Below are positions 1 through 13,414 of a stretch of 64,000 bases of DNA, piece after piece. The translations under genes were made by a program, and so were the position numbers. Under the pieces are notes generated by a model that ran no database searches, was not told the DNA's origin, and was given only the letters and a program-made list of their open reading frames with translations. Position 1 is the first letter of the stretch. Every line of letters starts with the position of its first letter. Source of the DNA: Octopus sinensis (lineage: Eukaryota); contig NC_043000.1 in NCBI RefSeq assembly GCF_006345805.1, positions 151,962,001 through 152,026,000 of the forward strand. Reading direction: 5' to 3'.

Positions 1-75
1 CACACATATATATATATAAGCACACACACACACACACATATATATATATAAGCACACATATATATATAATACGTA

Positions 76-110
<35 letters not shown>

Positions 111-256
111 CGTACCTATATATATATATATATATATAATACGTACCTATATATATATATATATAAGCACATATACACACATATATATATAAATATAGTA
201 CGTACCTATATATATATATATATAATACACACATATATATATAAATATAATACGTA

Positions 257-298
<42 letters not shown>

Positions 299-365
299 CA
301 CACATATATATATATATATATATACAAGCACACATACACACACGTGTGTGTGTGTGTGTGTGTGT
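1..365. repeat. Compound (TA)n/(CA)n/(TG)n microsatellite
   Basis: Runs of TA and CA/TG interleaved with a repeated AATACGTACC unit. Confidence 0.95.
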
Positions 366-988
366 TTGTTACAGCGTGGTATACAGTATTAAACTCAGCT
401 GAGTAAACCAACAACATATATATGTTATATACAACGATATATGTGAGGAGAGTGTGTATTATTATAAATCTACACAAGGCATATATAATAAAAAAAAAAA
501 AAAGGCGAATAGGAAGCAAAGCAGTGAAGACGATTAGAAACACTTAAAGCAGGGAAGAGAAATTAAGAGTGAAAAGAGTTAATGTAAGTTCTCTGCTTTT
601 CAGATTTGAGAGAAAAATGGGTAAATATTCCGTAATTGTGAATTGTGGATGGTATTTCATACATGATAGTGGCGTATAATGAGAGGGAATTGGTGTTTTT
701 GGAGAGAATTCGGTGGAGACACACACGTAATGATGATATATACAGGATTTCTAACACAGAAAGGCGACAACAAAAGAGGGAAAAAAACCTCCAAAGAAAC
801 GTCTTTAAATGATAAATCGAAATTAAAATTTCAACAGGGAGATAACGAACAACAGACGTGTGAATTTCGAACGTTGAAATCTCAACGAAACGGTATATTC
901 TCGGCATAAAATTCCGTCTTGGCCATAAAAGATAAAAAAATTCTAACCTGTTCGGAACACTGGCGTCCATTAATTTAACTAGTAACTA

Positions 989-998
989 TGCGCATGCG
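989..998. promoter_or_regulatory. NRF1-like motif in a putative promoter
   Basis: TGCGCATGCG lies 19 nt upstream of a minus-strand ATG at 970 (ATGGACGCC...AACAG|GTTAGA, a possible short first exon). The region is locally CpG-rich. Confidence 0.35.
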
Positions 999-1468
999 TC
1001 GTTCAGATGTCGCTCTGTACGTTTCCTTTCGACTGTCATGTAACAGCAATCCCTCACCGACGGAAAGACAAGAGGTTTTCGAATAAAGTCTAGCTTTGCT
1101 CTTTTCTGTTTTTTCATTATTATTAATAATCGCCTTTTTTCATTATAATAATTCATTATTTCTTCTTTTAAAATTATTCCAATTTTTTTTCCAAGATAAA
1201 TGCTATAATTTCTGAATATTTAAAATATCTAAGAGTAAAGATACTAAGATATCAGCTGATTTATTTGTCTCTCTGTTGTAGAATTAAGTCAGCTGTATGC
1301 AAATTGGCTTATTTAGGCGTAAATAAAAATTATAATGGGGAAACAAGTGTAACCACGAGTTGTTATGAGATGTATCTTTGACAATAGTGTCAAAATTATG
1401 CATAAAACTCCGAGGCAGGGGTGGGTATTATTCGTTTATAATTTAGTTGGGTCTACCCAACCAGAAGT

Positions 1469-1482
1469 GTCGCCATAGCAAC
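1469..1482. promoter_or_regulatory. RFX X-box motif
   Basis: GTCGCCATAGCAAC fits the X-box consensus GTNRCC(N0-3)RGYAAC. Confidence 0.45.
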
Positions 1483-2210
1483 TGTCACAGAGATATTCTG
1501 GAGTTGAGCATAACACAGAGACAGAGAGAGAGAGAGCGCTGCGGCTGGGAAAATTTGGTACTGGAACTTGCGAGTCACGAGTTCGTTCCTCACAGCAGCT
1601 GTTGCAGGCTTCGGCAACAAGACATTTAACGAAACTTGTCAAAGGGTTCCTCTGGGCACCATTCAAGAACATGTAACTAATAAATGTCGAGCATCGATTA
1701 TCTCCCTTGAAATATTGTTTGTTTATATTTTAATACACTTTTTTTTTTTTACTATTGACGGGAAAAGGAACCAATTTTTACATATTAGAAGCAAATAAAC
1801 AATAAAAATACTTTTTAAATTTGAAATCAATAATAAATAAGTTGTCCAATTATTTTGTATTTCCTTGTTTTATTTTTATCCTATACAAATCGTTGATGAA
1901 GCAAAACAAAAAAAAATCGCGGTTTAAAAACTCGCTCAGTCAACGTTTCTAAGTAACGGGCATATATTTGTATACCTAATTTTATTTACCTATTATTATT
2001 ATTGTGATCTGTTGCCTTTTTTTATTTGAGCCAAACATTTCTTGCAGTCGTTGCTAAATAAGTAAAGAGGCAGGTTCATTTACTTTTAAATGGTGTTGTA
2101 AGTTCAGCGTTATCCTTCAAGTTTTACTTTGAGAAGCAAGCCAATGAGGGAGCTTTTACGGTCTTTGGAACTATTAGAAATAGCAGCAAAACCTTCTACA
2201 AATAATACCT

Positions 2211-2621
2211 ATTTCTTTACTACCCACAAGGGGCTAAACACAAAGAGGATAAACAAGAACAGACAAACGGATTAAGTCGATTATATCGACCCCAGTGCGT
2301 AACTGGTACTTATTTAATCGACCCCGAAAGGATGTAAGGCAAAGTCGACCTCGGCGGAATTTGAACTCAGAACATAAAGACAGACGAAATACCTATTTCT
2401 TTACTACCCACAAGGGGCTAAACACAGGGGACAAACAAGGACAGACAAATGGATTAAGTTGATTACACCGACCCAGTACGTAACTGGTACTTAATTTATC
2501 GACCCCGAAAGGGTGAAAGGCAAAGTCAACCTCGGCGGAGTTTGAATTCAGAACGTAACGGCAGACGAAATGCCGCTAGACATTTCGCCCGGCGTGCTAA
2601 CATTTCTGCTAGCTCGCCGCC
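2211..2621 (-). mobile_element. tRNA-derived SINE family A, tandem dimer
   Basis: Head GGCGGCGAGCTAGCAGAAATGTTAGCACGCC with box B-like GTTCTGAATTC; body and tail occur twice. Flanking duplication CCTTCT(A/G)CAAATAATACCTATTTC. Confidence 0.9.
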
Positions 2622-3065
2622 TTCTGCAAATAATACCTATTTCCAATAACATTCAAATTGGTTTAAGTAGTCCGAGATAAATTGTCCGAAAGCTAGGAGG
2701 GTCATAACTAGGATGTCTTTGATGATAGGTCTGATCTGAAGTAAAACAGTACAAAGCGAAGGTCCACTTTCCCCTATATGATTGCAACTATATTGTGAGA
2801 ACCACAGTTGGTCAAACTGATAATGGTGCATCACTGGCCAAAGGGTTATATCCTGTCACCTCTGAAAAAGAGAACGGAAATGACAAACTAATACAAATAC
2901 TCAAGCTATGGGTGGTGGTGCGTGTGATGCTTGTGTCTGATTGCGCGTTTGTGAGTAGGAAATAATATCGAAAAATAAAAGAAAGAATAAATAAAAATAA
3001 AATACACGGCAATAGAAGTAAAGAAGAGAGTTGCAATTCATAGGAGACGCAGACCAGCTTCTAGG

Positions 3066-3298
3066 AGATGGCGAGGGCAGAAACGTTAGCACGCCGGGCG
3101 AAATACCTAGCGGTATTTCGTCTGCGTTACGTTCTGAGTTCAAATTCCACCGAGGTCGACTTTGCCTTTCATCCTTTCGGGGTCGATTAAATAAGTACCA
3201 GTTACACACTGGGGTCGATATAATCGACTTAATCCGTTTGTCTGTCGTCCTTGTTTGCCCCCCTCTATGTTTATCCCCCTGTGGGCAATAAAGAAATA
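3066..3298 (+). mobile_element. SINE family A monomer
   Basis: Head, GACTTTGCCTTTCATCCTTTCGGGGTCGAT core, and tail ending ATAAAGAAATA. Confidence 0.9.
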
Positions 3299-3491
3299 AT
3301 TATTGGTAGAAACAACAGGACAACGATCAATACTGGTAAATTCAGAAACATGGACAAACGCCACGAAAAACGAAGTGGAATTATTAGATGTCGCGCAATA
3401 TCGAACAATGTTAATTGTGTATGAATAACGAAAAGGAGCTCCATACTATGGAATGAATAGTGAAGCGAGAATATAGCTTTACTCCTACAAA

Positions 3492-3911
3492 ACTCTTTTA
3501 CTTGTTTCAGTCATTTGACTGCGGCCATGCTGGAGCACCACCTTTAATCGAGCAACTCGACCCCGGGACTTGTTCTTTTGTAAGTCCAGTACTTCATTCT
3601 ATCGGTCTCTTTTGCCGAACCGCTAACTAACTAGGACATAAACACACCAGCATCGGTTGTCAAGCAATGCTAGAGGGACAAACACAGACACACAAACATA
3701 TATACACACACATACATACATACACACATATATATATATATATACACGACTGGCTTCTTTCAGTTTCCGTCTACCAAATCCACTCACAAGGCATTGGTCG
3801 GCCCGGGGCTATAGCAGAAGACACTTGCCCAAGATGCCACGCAGTGGGACTGAACCCAGAACCATGTGGCTGGTTAGCCAGCTACTTACCACACAGCCAC
3901 TCCTGCACCTA
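3492..3911 (-). mobile_element. tRNA-derived SINE family B (central TG/TA microsatellite)
   Basis: Head AGGTGCAGGAGTGGCTGTGTGGTAAG...GGTTCAGTCCC and tail TGAAACAAGTAAAAGAG; at least 7 near-complete copies in the window. Confidence 0.9.
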
Positions 3912-4406
3912 TGTGTACGATTTATAATTAAAAAGAAGTTTGTGTATGTATGAGTTAATTCAGAAGGGAAAATAATTTTATGGGAGAGGTGAACGACGAA
4001 AAAGAAGACAATTGGATCGATGAATGAGTAGACAAGATAAAAGTCTACATGATCAGAGAGACAGTAAAATAGCAGAGCTATTAATACGAAAGAAAAGAAT
4101 TAAAGAAAAATTGAAGAAATTGAACATAGAATAAAAGAAGTAGAAGTAATTATTAAACTGAGATTCTTGAGGAATGAGAAATTGGGGAAGTATTGTGTAT
4201 GGACACATAAAGAACTATAAGGTTTGAGATTAAATATAATATACGCCAACGCGAATAATAAAAATCAATTACGAAATTTAAAATGTACGAAAGGATGTGA
4301 CAAAACAGAAACGACAGGATAGCTAATATAAGGCAAAAAGATCAGGAAAGTAGTGGGATAAGGCATTAAAGAAAGAGGGAAGTAACAAGATATAAAAGAC
4401 CCAGAA

Positions 4407-4536
4407 TGAGAGAGAGAGAGAGAGAGAGACAACAGGAGAGAGAGAGAGAGAGAGAGAGAGACAATAGGAGAGAGAGAGAGACAATAGGAGAGAGAGAGAG
4501 AGACAATAGGAGAGAGAGAGAGAGACAACAGGAGAG
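4407..4536. repeat. (GA)n / GAGACAATAG compound microsatellite
   Basis: Directly visible. Confidence 0.9.
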
Positions 4537-5095
4537 AGTATTTCTTTATTCACCATAAGGTTGAGAAAAAGAGGGGACGAAACAAACGTTGGGGTCAGGG
4601 TATCGAATGAGACGAAACATATGAATAAACAAACAATTAAAATATATACAATTAAATGAGAATGAGTGATTAACAAAAAATGAAGCGGATGACGCGGTCG
4701 ACCCCACAAACCACATACTCACACTGAAGACTTTGCTTTCTCCTTTTTTACATTCTCGATTAAACAGGTTCTTTCACTCAGAGAGATAGGATAGAGGCGA
4801 TGTTAAAATGTTTTGCACGCAAATGAAGTGTACAACGAGAGATAGTGATATGCAGCAATGGAACCACAAACTAAGTCATTTAACCGATATGAACTTTAAA
4901 ATTTAACGCTACAGATAACAGAAAACTTAATGTTCTTACCGTCATTTCCTTGTAGTTGGTTTACACCTCCTACCAGTTCAGTTCAGATCCGACTATGTTG
5001 ATAGATTAGAGAAAGGTGATCCTCGTCTAAGTTTAATCACCACAAGAAACATTGTAAGTCAATGGAGCATCTGATGACTTCCAATTGATCTAATA

Positions 5096-5314
5096 CAGTG
5101 GTTTTCAACCAGTGTTCCGCGGAACCTTAGGGTTCCGCCAGTACAGTCCATGGGTTCCGCAAGAAGTTACAAAACTGCTAAAATCGGCAGTAATTTTTAA
5201 TTCTCCTGTGCAGATATGTGTGCATAAGACTATTAAATTATTGCACAGGGGTTCCTCGAGCCAGTGGAATGTTTCCTTGGGGTTCCGCTCCAGCAAAAAG
5301 GTTGAAAAGCACTG
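5096..5314. mobile_element. hAT (Charlie-type) MITE
   Basis: TIRs CAGTGGTTTTCAACC / GGTTGAAAAGCACTG; perfect 8-bp TSD ATCTAATA (5088-5095, 5315-5322). Confidence 0.9.
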
Positions 5315-5579
5315 ATCTAATAAGTTGTAGAAATAGCAATCAGAGCCTCTGCGTGGTAGCTCAACCTGCTAGAAATAGCAGCCAAATAATCCCTTGGATG
5401 ATGCAGTCCTAACCGCAAGATGGCTATGAATGGAATGCTTTAGATTATAGCTCTCATCAGTCAGGAGTGAACTGGGGCTGAAAAATAAGTACATTGATTG
5501 TTTTAAATATAGTTCCCAGTGTAAGTATCTACTTGTGATGGCGACTTGTCTCCAATGAAACAATACCGAAGAATGAAGC

Positions 5580-6927
5580 ATTCATATCATCTAATAATTG
5601 CATTAAGATTCGACGATAAGTGCAGACACATTCTTACATTGAACGGTTTGGCGTTGACTCCACCAAGGACGGTCCCAAGCCCAACTGCAAAAGGAGGAGG
5701 GTGGTGGTAGCCCTACCGAAGGTGGTTGCCCGGCCCTGCCGAAGGTGGTTGCTCGGCCCTGCCAAACAAATATCTTTTCACGCCGAATGTCTGGAATATT
5801 CGAACTGGATACCACGTCGAATAGAAAGAGATCATCTCCCGGGAACTTACATGAGTGACGTATCGATCGCGGCATTATCTGAACTGCAACTTACTGGATC
5901 GGGAACAATGATCATCGACCCGCCTACCCTCGGTACAGAATTGAGGGCTACTATTCTAGCGATGACAAACGATCAAAACGCACATCATCTCTGCCTGTTC
6001 TCCGACTGAGGCCAGCTCAGACCTCGCTAAGGATGACTTCTACGATCAGCTACAACATATGCTGAACTCAATTTCACAAAGGGAAAGGACCATCCTCACT
6101 GGCAACCTCAACGACCATGTTGGCTTGGATAGATCTGGCTGAGAAACTACCATACACATGTTCGGACATGGAAAGATCATTGATAATGGGTCCCGCCTTC
6201 ATTCGCCACAACCAGCAATCTGGTTGTTTGGAACGCTCACTTCCGACCTCCTCAGAAACACCAGTTCACATGGGAAATCTGTCTGGAAATGACTCAGCGA
6301 TCCTGGACTATGTGCTTATCAATGCTCGGCTCCGATCATCAATCCGGGATATCTGCGCTATGAGAGGTCCCGATTGCAGCTTTGACCATTACCTCGTTCG
6401 TGCCCGGATTTGCCTTAAGCTCCAACAGGCGAAGCGGAAATTGCTGAAAGTGACCAGATTGAATTGGAATCAGCTGAACGATGCCGCCCGGCAGTGTTAC
6501 TTCCAGGTCGCCCTGACCAACCCCTTCGCCTCACTGGCTGGATCCGACAATGTGGACGATGAGGAACTTAAAATTTCAGAGACCATTTTTTATTGTGCTA
6601 AGCCTCCGTGCCGCTTAATCAATGCATGACGCAACCCTGGGTTTCAGACGAGTACCTCGACCTGGTATACATACACAAAAAAGTGAAGCTGGTCGACTTC
6701 GACGAATACCGGCAATTAAATCAAGAAGTCCGTTGGGGGATGAAAGCGGAAAGGGAAGAATACTGGAATAGGATGGCAACCGATCTCGAGGAAGCTGCGT
6801 CCAAACACGAGTACTGAATCTCTATCGCACACTTCGACAGCTGAGTGGAAAGACTAAGTTGACCAACGGTAATATTAGGAAAGCTGATGGTCTGTTTGTG
6901 CGATCACTGGATGAGCGCTTTCAGTGT
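5580..6927 (+). pseudogene. Decayed RTE-type LINE, 5' part with APE endonuclease
   Basis: Frameshifted APE motifs: SIAALSELQLTGSG, IISACSPTE...DDFYDQLQ...ILTGNLNDHVG, AILDYVLI, SFDHYLVRARI. Confidence 0.8.
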
Positions 6928-6943
6928 TGTAAATATACATATA

Positions 6944-7180
6944 TATTTCTTTACTATCCACAAGGGGCTAAATATAGAGGGGACAAACAATGACAGACAA
7001 ACGGATTAAGTCGATTACATCGACTCCAGTGCGGAACTGGTACTTTATTTATCGACCCCAAAAGGATGAAAGGCAAAGTCTACCTCGGCGGAATTTGAAC
7101 TCAGAACGTAACGGCAGACGAAATACCGCTAAGCATGTCGCCCTGCGTGCTAACGGTTCTGCCAGCTCGCCGCCTTTATA
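6944..7180 (-). mobile_element. SINE family A monomer
   Basis: Full head to tail; 16-bp TSD TGTAAATATACATATA (6928-6943, 7181-7196). Confidence 0.9.
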
Positions 7181-7418
7181 TGTAAATATACATATAGCTG
7201 CACTTATATAGTTGTATTGTAACATAAAGATTTCTCGTAAAAACATTTTATGGGCAATGGATAATTAGTTCATATTTACTGTTCATAAAATGTTCTGACG
7301 GGAAATCTAATTCGTTATCTCTGTCGTTTGCAATGGCCACCGCATAAGCAGAATAAATTAGAATTATGCAATAGAAGCGGATCTATAATAAAAACTTAAT
7401 CAATAAAACATACTTAAT

Positions 7419-7822
7419 AGGCGCAGGAGTGGCTGTGTGGTAAGTAGCTTGCTAACCAGCCACATGGTTCCGGGTTCAGTCCCACTGCGTGGCATCTTGG
7501 TCAAGTGTCTTCTACTATAGCCCCGGGCCGACTAAAGCATTGTGAGTGGATTTGGTAGACGGAAACTGAAAGAAGCCTGTCGTATATATGTATGTATGTG
7601 TATGTATATGTTTGTGTGTCTGTGTTTGTCCCTCTAGCATTGCTTGACAACCGATGCTGGTGTGTTTATGTCCTAGTTAGTTAGTGGTTCGGCAAAAGAG
7701 ACCGATAGAATAAGTACTGGGCTTACAAAGAATAAGTCCCCGATTAAAGGCGGTGCTCCAGCATGGCCGCAGTCAAATGACTGAAACAAGTAAAAGAGTA
7801 AAGAGTAAAAGAGAGTAAAGAG
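7419..7822 (+). mobile_element. SINE family B
   Basis: Head GGCGCAGGAGTGGCTGTGTGGTAAG; tail (GAGTAAA)n. Confidence 0.9.
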
Positions 7823-8349
7823 TAATGTATGTGTGTTGTCTAAACACTAGAACATAATATACTTTAGAGTTAAACAAATGAAATCGCCTGGATGTGATCA
7901 CGACAGCGACAGATATGCATTTCGCCGTAGTTGCGGGTTGTCTGCGTCGCGTAACTAGCAAACAGTTTATACAGCATCTGTACATAGTTCAGACCAGCGG
8001 ATTCAGTTATGCTTCGGAATTGACACGAATGTGCGCGCTTATGTGATAATATTGCTAAATATGTTCGCTTTGAAACGAACGTAACAAATTAAAGAAATTT
8101 GAGTTAAGAAAAATGAATTAAAACGTTACAAAATAACATCTTAAATAGCGAGTGATCTCTGTCCACCTCAAAATTGATATTTGGTTATCTTTTAGTGTTA
8201 CATAGCACGTACGTAGCTTTAGGTGTTTCGATTGTTTTGCATATCTCAGAATAGATTGTTTAGTTTCTACGAGAAATTGATAACTGTTTCGTACAGCATT
8301 TCTTAGGTGTAAATTTAACAGTAGAATATATTAATAGTACGACTTACAT

Positions 8350-9560
8350 ATGGCCTCTCCATCAGTCTGAGGAAAACTGAAGTGCCGTTCCAGAAACTGT
8401 CATGAGCCACATACCGACCAGCGCAAATTATCACGGATGGGGGGAGCACTCCGTCGGTTACGACGATGAGGGTCTCAGCTGATACGATCAACGGAACAGC
8501 TTGCTCGTGGAATTAACGTGCAAGTGGCTGAGCACTCTACAGACACGTGTACCCTTAACGTAGTTCTCGGGGATATTCAGCGTGACACAGAGAGTGACAA
8601 GGCCGGCCCTTTGAAATACAGGTACAACAGAAACAGGAAGTAAGAGTGAGAGAAAGTTGTGGTGAAAGAGTACAGCAGGGATCACCACAACCCCCTGCAG
8701 GAGCCTCGTGAAGCTTTAGGTGTTTTCGCTCAATAAACACTCACAACGCCCGGTCTGGGAATCGAAACCGCGATCCTACGACCGCGAGTCCGCTGCCCTA
8801 ACCACTAGGCCATTGCGCCTCCGGATGTTGACAACAACATTCTCAAAGCCAACACCACCTTTGGACGTGTGCAGGAGCGTGTGTTATAGAACCGTGCACT
8901 GCACCTATTCACCAAGATCAAAGTCTACAAGGCAGTTGTCATCACTATTTTCCTTTGTGTATCGGAAGCTTTGAGTACTGTACAGGAAGCAGATCGAGCT
9001 GCCAGATCGCTTCCAACAGAAATGCCTTCGCTCCAGCATGGACATCTCATAGAAGAAGCGCATCATCAAGAACGAAATTTTCCAGCCGGCTAACATCCCG
9101 AACATTGAAGTCATACTGCTGTTCAAACAGCACAGACGAGATGATCACATTTCACGCATGAACAAATCCAGAATACCGAAGGTCGTATCCTGCAGCGAGC
9201 TCAGTCGAGACAAAAGAGACAGCGTACACTCCAGAAAGTGTTTCAAAGACAAGCTGACGCACCAGTTCACCCAGGCAAGGATAGACCTCACAGGATGCGG
9301 GGGAATCGCAGCACAGAGTGAGGCGGAGGGGGAGTCTGCATCCACATTGCTGCAAACAACTTTGAGGAGGCAAGAGCAACTGCAGCGGATGAAAAACACT
9401 TAAGAAGGAGAGAGTTATCGTCATGACCCCTATCTGAACAAAAGCCTACATATCTGCCCCAAGTGCCCCAGAACCTGTCGTTGAAGGAGAGGTTTACACA
9501 GCCACCTGAAGGCTTCCCGCTCTTTCTCGTGATCTTCGAACACGAAGGACTGTCATCAGT
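8350..9560 (+). pseudogene. Decayed RTE (BovB-like) LINE 3' part, interrupted by a SINE
   Basis: GLSISLRKTEV before the SINE; DVDNNILKANTTFGR and TKIKVYKAVV after it; C-terminal HICPKCPRTC; RTE-like tail ATCTTCGAACACGAAGGACTG. Confidence 0.75.
8441..8822 (-). mobile_element. tRNA-derived SINE family C
   Basis: Head GGAGGCGCAATGGCCTAGTGGTTAGGGCAGCGGACTCGCGG...GGTTTCGATTCC; tail CGTCGTAACCGACGGAGTGC. Confidence 0.9.
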
Positions 9561-9564
9561 ATCA

Positions 9565-9961
9565 TCTTTATATATCAAAGTCAAGTTGAGTGTCTGTCTC
9601 CTACGATTTAGATCCCTAACTACTCCCACATTTTGCGGTGCAGTTTAACCAAAACCGGGTATCTTATAGTTGTGATTCATATCGAGCCCTTCTGGGTATT
9701 AGCGCGCGTCTACGATGAGTCTACGATTTAAAAAAAAATTTACCATCATTTTTTTCCATTTTAATGCATTTTTTCGCTATTATATAAGGGAAGTAACTCT
9801 CTAAAAATGTCTACGATGAGTCAACGATTTAAAAAAAAATTAACCATCATTTTTTTCCCATTTTTAATGCATTTTTTGCTATTTTTTGGCCATAACTGTC
9901 TAAAAATGCTTATATAGTTATTTCCCTTACAAACCCGAGCAACGCCGGGCGTTACTGCTAG
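9565..9961 (+). mobile_element. Non-autonomous Helitron
   Basis: A|TC 5' end, subterminal CCCGAGCAACGCCGGG hairpin, CTAG|T 3' end, no TSD; internal ~100-bp tandem duplication. Confidence 0.8.
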
Positions 9962-10123
9962 TTTATGATAAAAGTGAAATAATGACGACTACATGTAGTC
10001 AAACATGTAGCGCCGTATCATTTTAGATATTTTGGAAAGTGTTTCTTTAGCGCTTTGCAAAGGAAAACGTTCTGTTGTTAATTGACAGTTTTGAAGATTT
10101 GTTTTTAGTAATGTATTAATTTA

Positions 10124-10911
10124 CTAGCAGTATAGCCCAGCGTTGCTCGGGTTTGCTTTTTAGTTGCGCTTAAAACGGCAGACTTTGATGTCGCGTTAAC
10201 AAACTTTTGACATAAGTTTCAATCTATGAATAAAAGTATAGTGTGGCGATGCTTGAGTTTGCTCTGAATGGGCTGCAAATGTGTAATGCCGAATTCATTT
10301 GTTGGTATTATTGGTTAATATTCCTTCTATTAACATCACGGAGAAAAAAATTACCCGTAGATTTAAAGCAAAATGAAGCTCAAGTTTCCAACTGCACTGA
10401 AAATCTATTCAGAAGTTAACACTGCAACAGTATTCATTAAGAAAAAGTACAGGAAAATCCGTCGTTCGCTCAAAACCAATGGCATCACAAAAAAGTTCTT
10501 TTTGACCCTTTAGAATTGGAATTTTTGAAAAGTAAAAAGTTTGCATTATGTAGCTTGTTATTCTCTTGAAGTGAACATTTTTCTGGTTGAAATACACCGA
10601 AAAACGACGACACAGCAGTAAAAAAGTCGTAAAAAATAGGGATTTTCATAGAAAGAAAAGCACCTTTTTGATGTAAATAATTTTTGGTCTTAACATGGTT
10701 GGATTTGAATTTTGTCTTCTACGGAATGAAGACAAGCCTTCTTCTATCATACTCTCAATTTTGGTCTTCTACGGAATGAAGACAAGCCTTCTTCTATCAT
10801 ACTCTCAATTTTGGTCAACTTGCGCCGGAGGGTTTCGGAGGAGATAGTGTTAGTTGAAGGCTACCAAACCTGCCACACAAACACAGACAACTTCAGCTTT
10901 ATAAATATAGA
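10124..10911 (-). mobile_element. Non-autonomous Helitron (second type)
   Basis: Minus strand: A|TCTATATTTATAAAG ... CCCGAGCAACGCTGGGCTATACTGCTAG|T; internal ~47-bp tandem duplication at ~10710-10815. Confidence 0.8.
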
Positions 10912-11011
10912 TTTCAATTTTCCTGAGCTCAGTTTTGTTCAATACCTCACGTCACTTTCATAGGACGTTTTGAAAAGGAGCGCATTGAGCAATATAACCA
11001 TATATCTTACA

Positions 11012-11248
11012 CACGGTGGCCCAAAAGTAGGTTTACGGTTGTTCAACTATCTCTTTCGCATTCCTATATTATCAGTTTAGATCTTAATTATAAAAAAAAA
11101 CATGAAACCGTTATTCTATGCTAATTTAGATAATTTTCTCAAGCTCCCTTTTAAGTTTGTAAGATAGAAATTCAAATGTAATAAAATGTTTTAAAAGAAA
11201 TTTAAAGTGCCTACGTGATAGCTGTAAATTTACTTTCGGATCACCCTG
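11012..11248. mobile_element. Degenerate Tc1/mariner-type MITE
   Basis: Imperfect TIRs CACGGTGGCCCAAAAGTAGGTTTAC and reverse complement CAGGGTGATCCGAAAGTAAATTTAC. Confidence 0.5.
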
Positions 11249-11910
11249 CATATCTCTCATACTAAGCGGCCTATATTGCAGGAGTAGGAGGAAGATGCGA
11301 GTGCGGGTGTGAGTTAGACACAGCTTCGAGGAGGAAAGAAAACATTGAAAATTGACTTGGGGAGGGACAAGTAACAAGCATTTATAGAGGCTATGGAATA
11401 CCCGGTCGTTGGGCACTGACAGGATGATGCACACATAAACAAACACGATCTCACGTTGAAGCACCCCTCTGTTATCTCTGCACACACACACACACACACA
11501 CACATACACACACACAAAGAGAGAGAGAGAGAGAATCTCAGGTAACTGACTTCTGTTCCTCAAGGAAGGAACTAAAGTCAACTAAAAAATAACAACCGCA
11601 CTAATTTGAACCGGTGAAGTCGCAGAATCAGAGTGTGAACAGGGTTTTTTTGACCTTTTTCAAAACTGAACTGCATTTTGTCACATGCACATTTTACCTT
11701 AAAATCTCTAAAATAATCTCTGAATTTCCTTGTCAGTATTTTAGCATTTTGCCGGAAAAAAACCCCCATTCAAATACCGCTATCTTTTCACAACACGCGT
11801 GATTTTCCAGGGGTTAAAAAAAAAAAAAAAAACTTTATTTTTCAATTCTTTGACTGTATTTTCTGTAACTTCTTCATATTTGGCTTTGTCTATATTTCTT
11901 GATGATTCAA

Positions 11911-12136
11911 AGGTGGCGAGCTGGCAGAAACGTTTGCACGCCGGGCGAAATGCGTAGCCGTATTTCGTCTACGTTGTGGGTTCAAATTCCGCCGAGGTCG
12001 ACTTTGCCTTTCATCCTTTCGGGGTGGATTAAATAAGTACCAGTTACGCACTGAGGTCGATGTAATCGACTTAATCCGTTTGTCTGTCCTTGTTTGTCCC
12101 TTCTATGTTTAGCCCCTTGTGGGTAATAAAGAAATA
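11911..12136 (+). mobile_element. SINE family A monomer
   Basis: Full copy; approximate TSD TATTT(C/T)TTGATGATT. Confidence 0.9.
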
Positions 12137-13027
12137 GGTATTTTTTGATGATTATCAATATTTATATTTCCACTTGATCTCATGCATATTTTACCTAGAA
12201 ATTCCCTAAAACATGACCGTATTTTCTAGCATATGTATTATATAGTGGAAGCATGTAGTGTAACGAGTGTAAACATTCAAATATCGTCAAAATCTTTCTA
12301 AATTCTGCCGTATTTCATACGTAATTTTTGGGTCTCAAACACGTACGTAGCTAGAGTGTGTGCCGCCCGGAGCGGCTCTTCCGTTTGCCGCTCTCGGATC
12401 CCACAAAAAACACATATTGCCTACAGCCTACCCAAAAGTGCCGCCCCTTTAAAAGTGCCATCCGGAGCGGAACACCCCGAGTGGAACTTTTATTACCTGT
12501 AAATTTTGGTCTGAAAAATTCGATTTGTAATGCTGAAAAATATGATATTGGATTGCTTTTTGATGCATACTTTAACGTTAGTGTATTTTGCGAATAACCG
12601 TTGCAATAAATGGCCATTCTATTAATTTAATGCTTGGTATTTCGCTCGTCATCGCTTGAGAACCAACAAAAGAAGGTAAGAACGAATTTTACGTGGAATT
12701 ATATCACTATGTCTCTTTCTTTTGTTGGTTAATTATGAAATGAATGTTCATTCAAAATTTACCAATAAGGGCTGATGTGACTTTGTTCACAATGTTTATT
12801 TCCAGCTCGGACCAATAATGAAACCACCAGTAACATATGATAAACCTTCTGAGAAAAAATTCAAGAATGTGTGCTTTTGATGAAAAAAAAATTTTCTCCA
12901 AGAAATGTCAGCTGGATAACTTTATTTGTTCGCAATGGATCAGTATTGGGAATTGTCTATTTCTCAGAAACATCAAGTTCAAATTTTGTGCAGCGATTAC
13001 AGCCGAGGAAAATCAAGATGAAACGTG

Positions 13028-13414
13028 TGGAAGCACTCCGTCGGTTACGACGACGAGGGTTCCGGTTGATCCGAATCAACGGAACAGCCTGCTCGTGAAA
13101 TTAACGTGTAAGTGGCTGAGCACTCCACAGACACGTGTACCCTTAACGTAGTTCTCGGGGATATTCAGCGTGACACAGAGAGTGACAAGGCCGGCCCTTT
13201 GAAATACAAGGTACAACAGAAACAGGAAGTAAGAGTGAGAGAAAGTTGTGGTGAAAGAGTACAGCAGGTATCACCACCATCCCCTGCCGGAGCCTCGTGG
13301 AGCTTTAGGTGTTTTCGCCCAATAAACACTCACAACGCCCGGTCTGGGAATCGAAACCGCGATCCTATGACCGCGAGACCGCTGCCCTAACCACTGGGCC
13401 ATTGCGCCTCCACC
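13028..13414 (-). mobile_element. SINE family C
   Basis: Full copy; 12-bp TSD AGATGAAACGTG (13016-13027, 13415-13426). Confidence 0.92.

Noticed and set aside
2211-2621. Ribozyme explanation for SINE A multimers
   Set aside because: No hammerhead core found on either strand of the unit.
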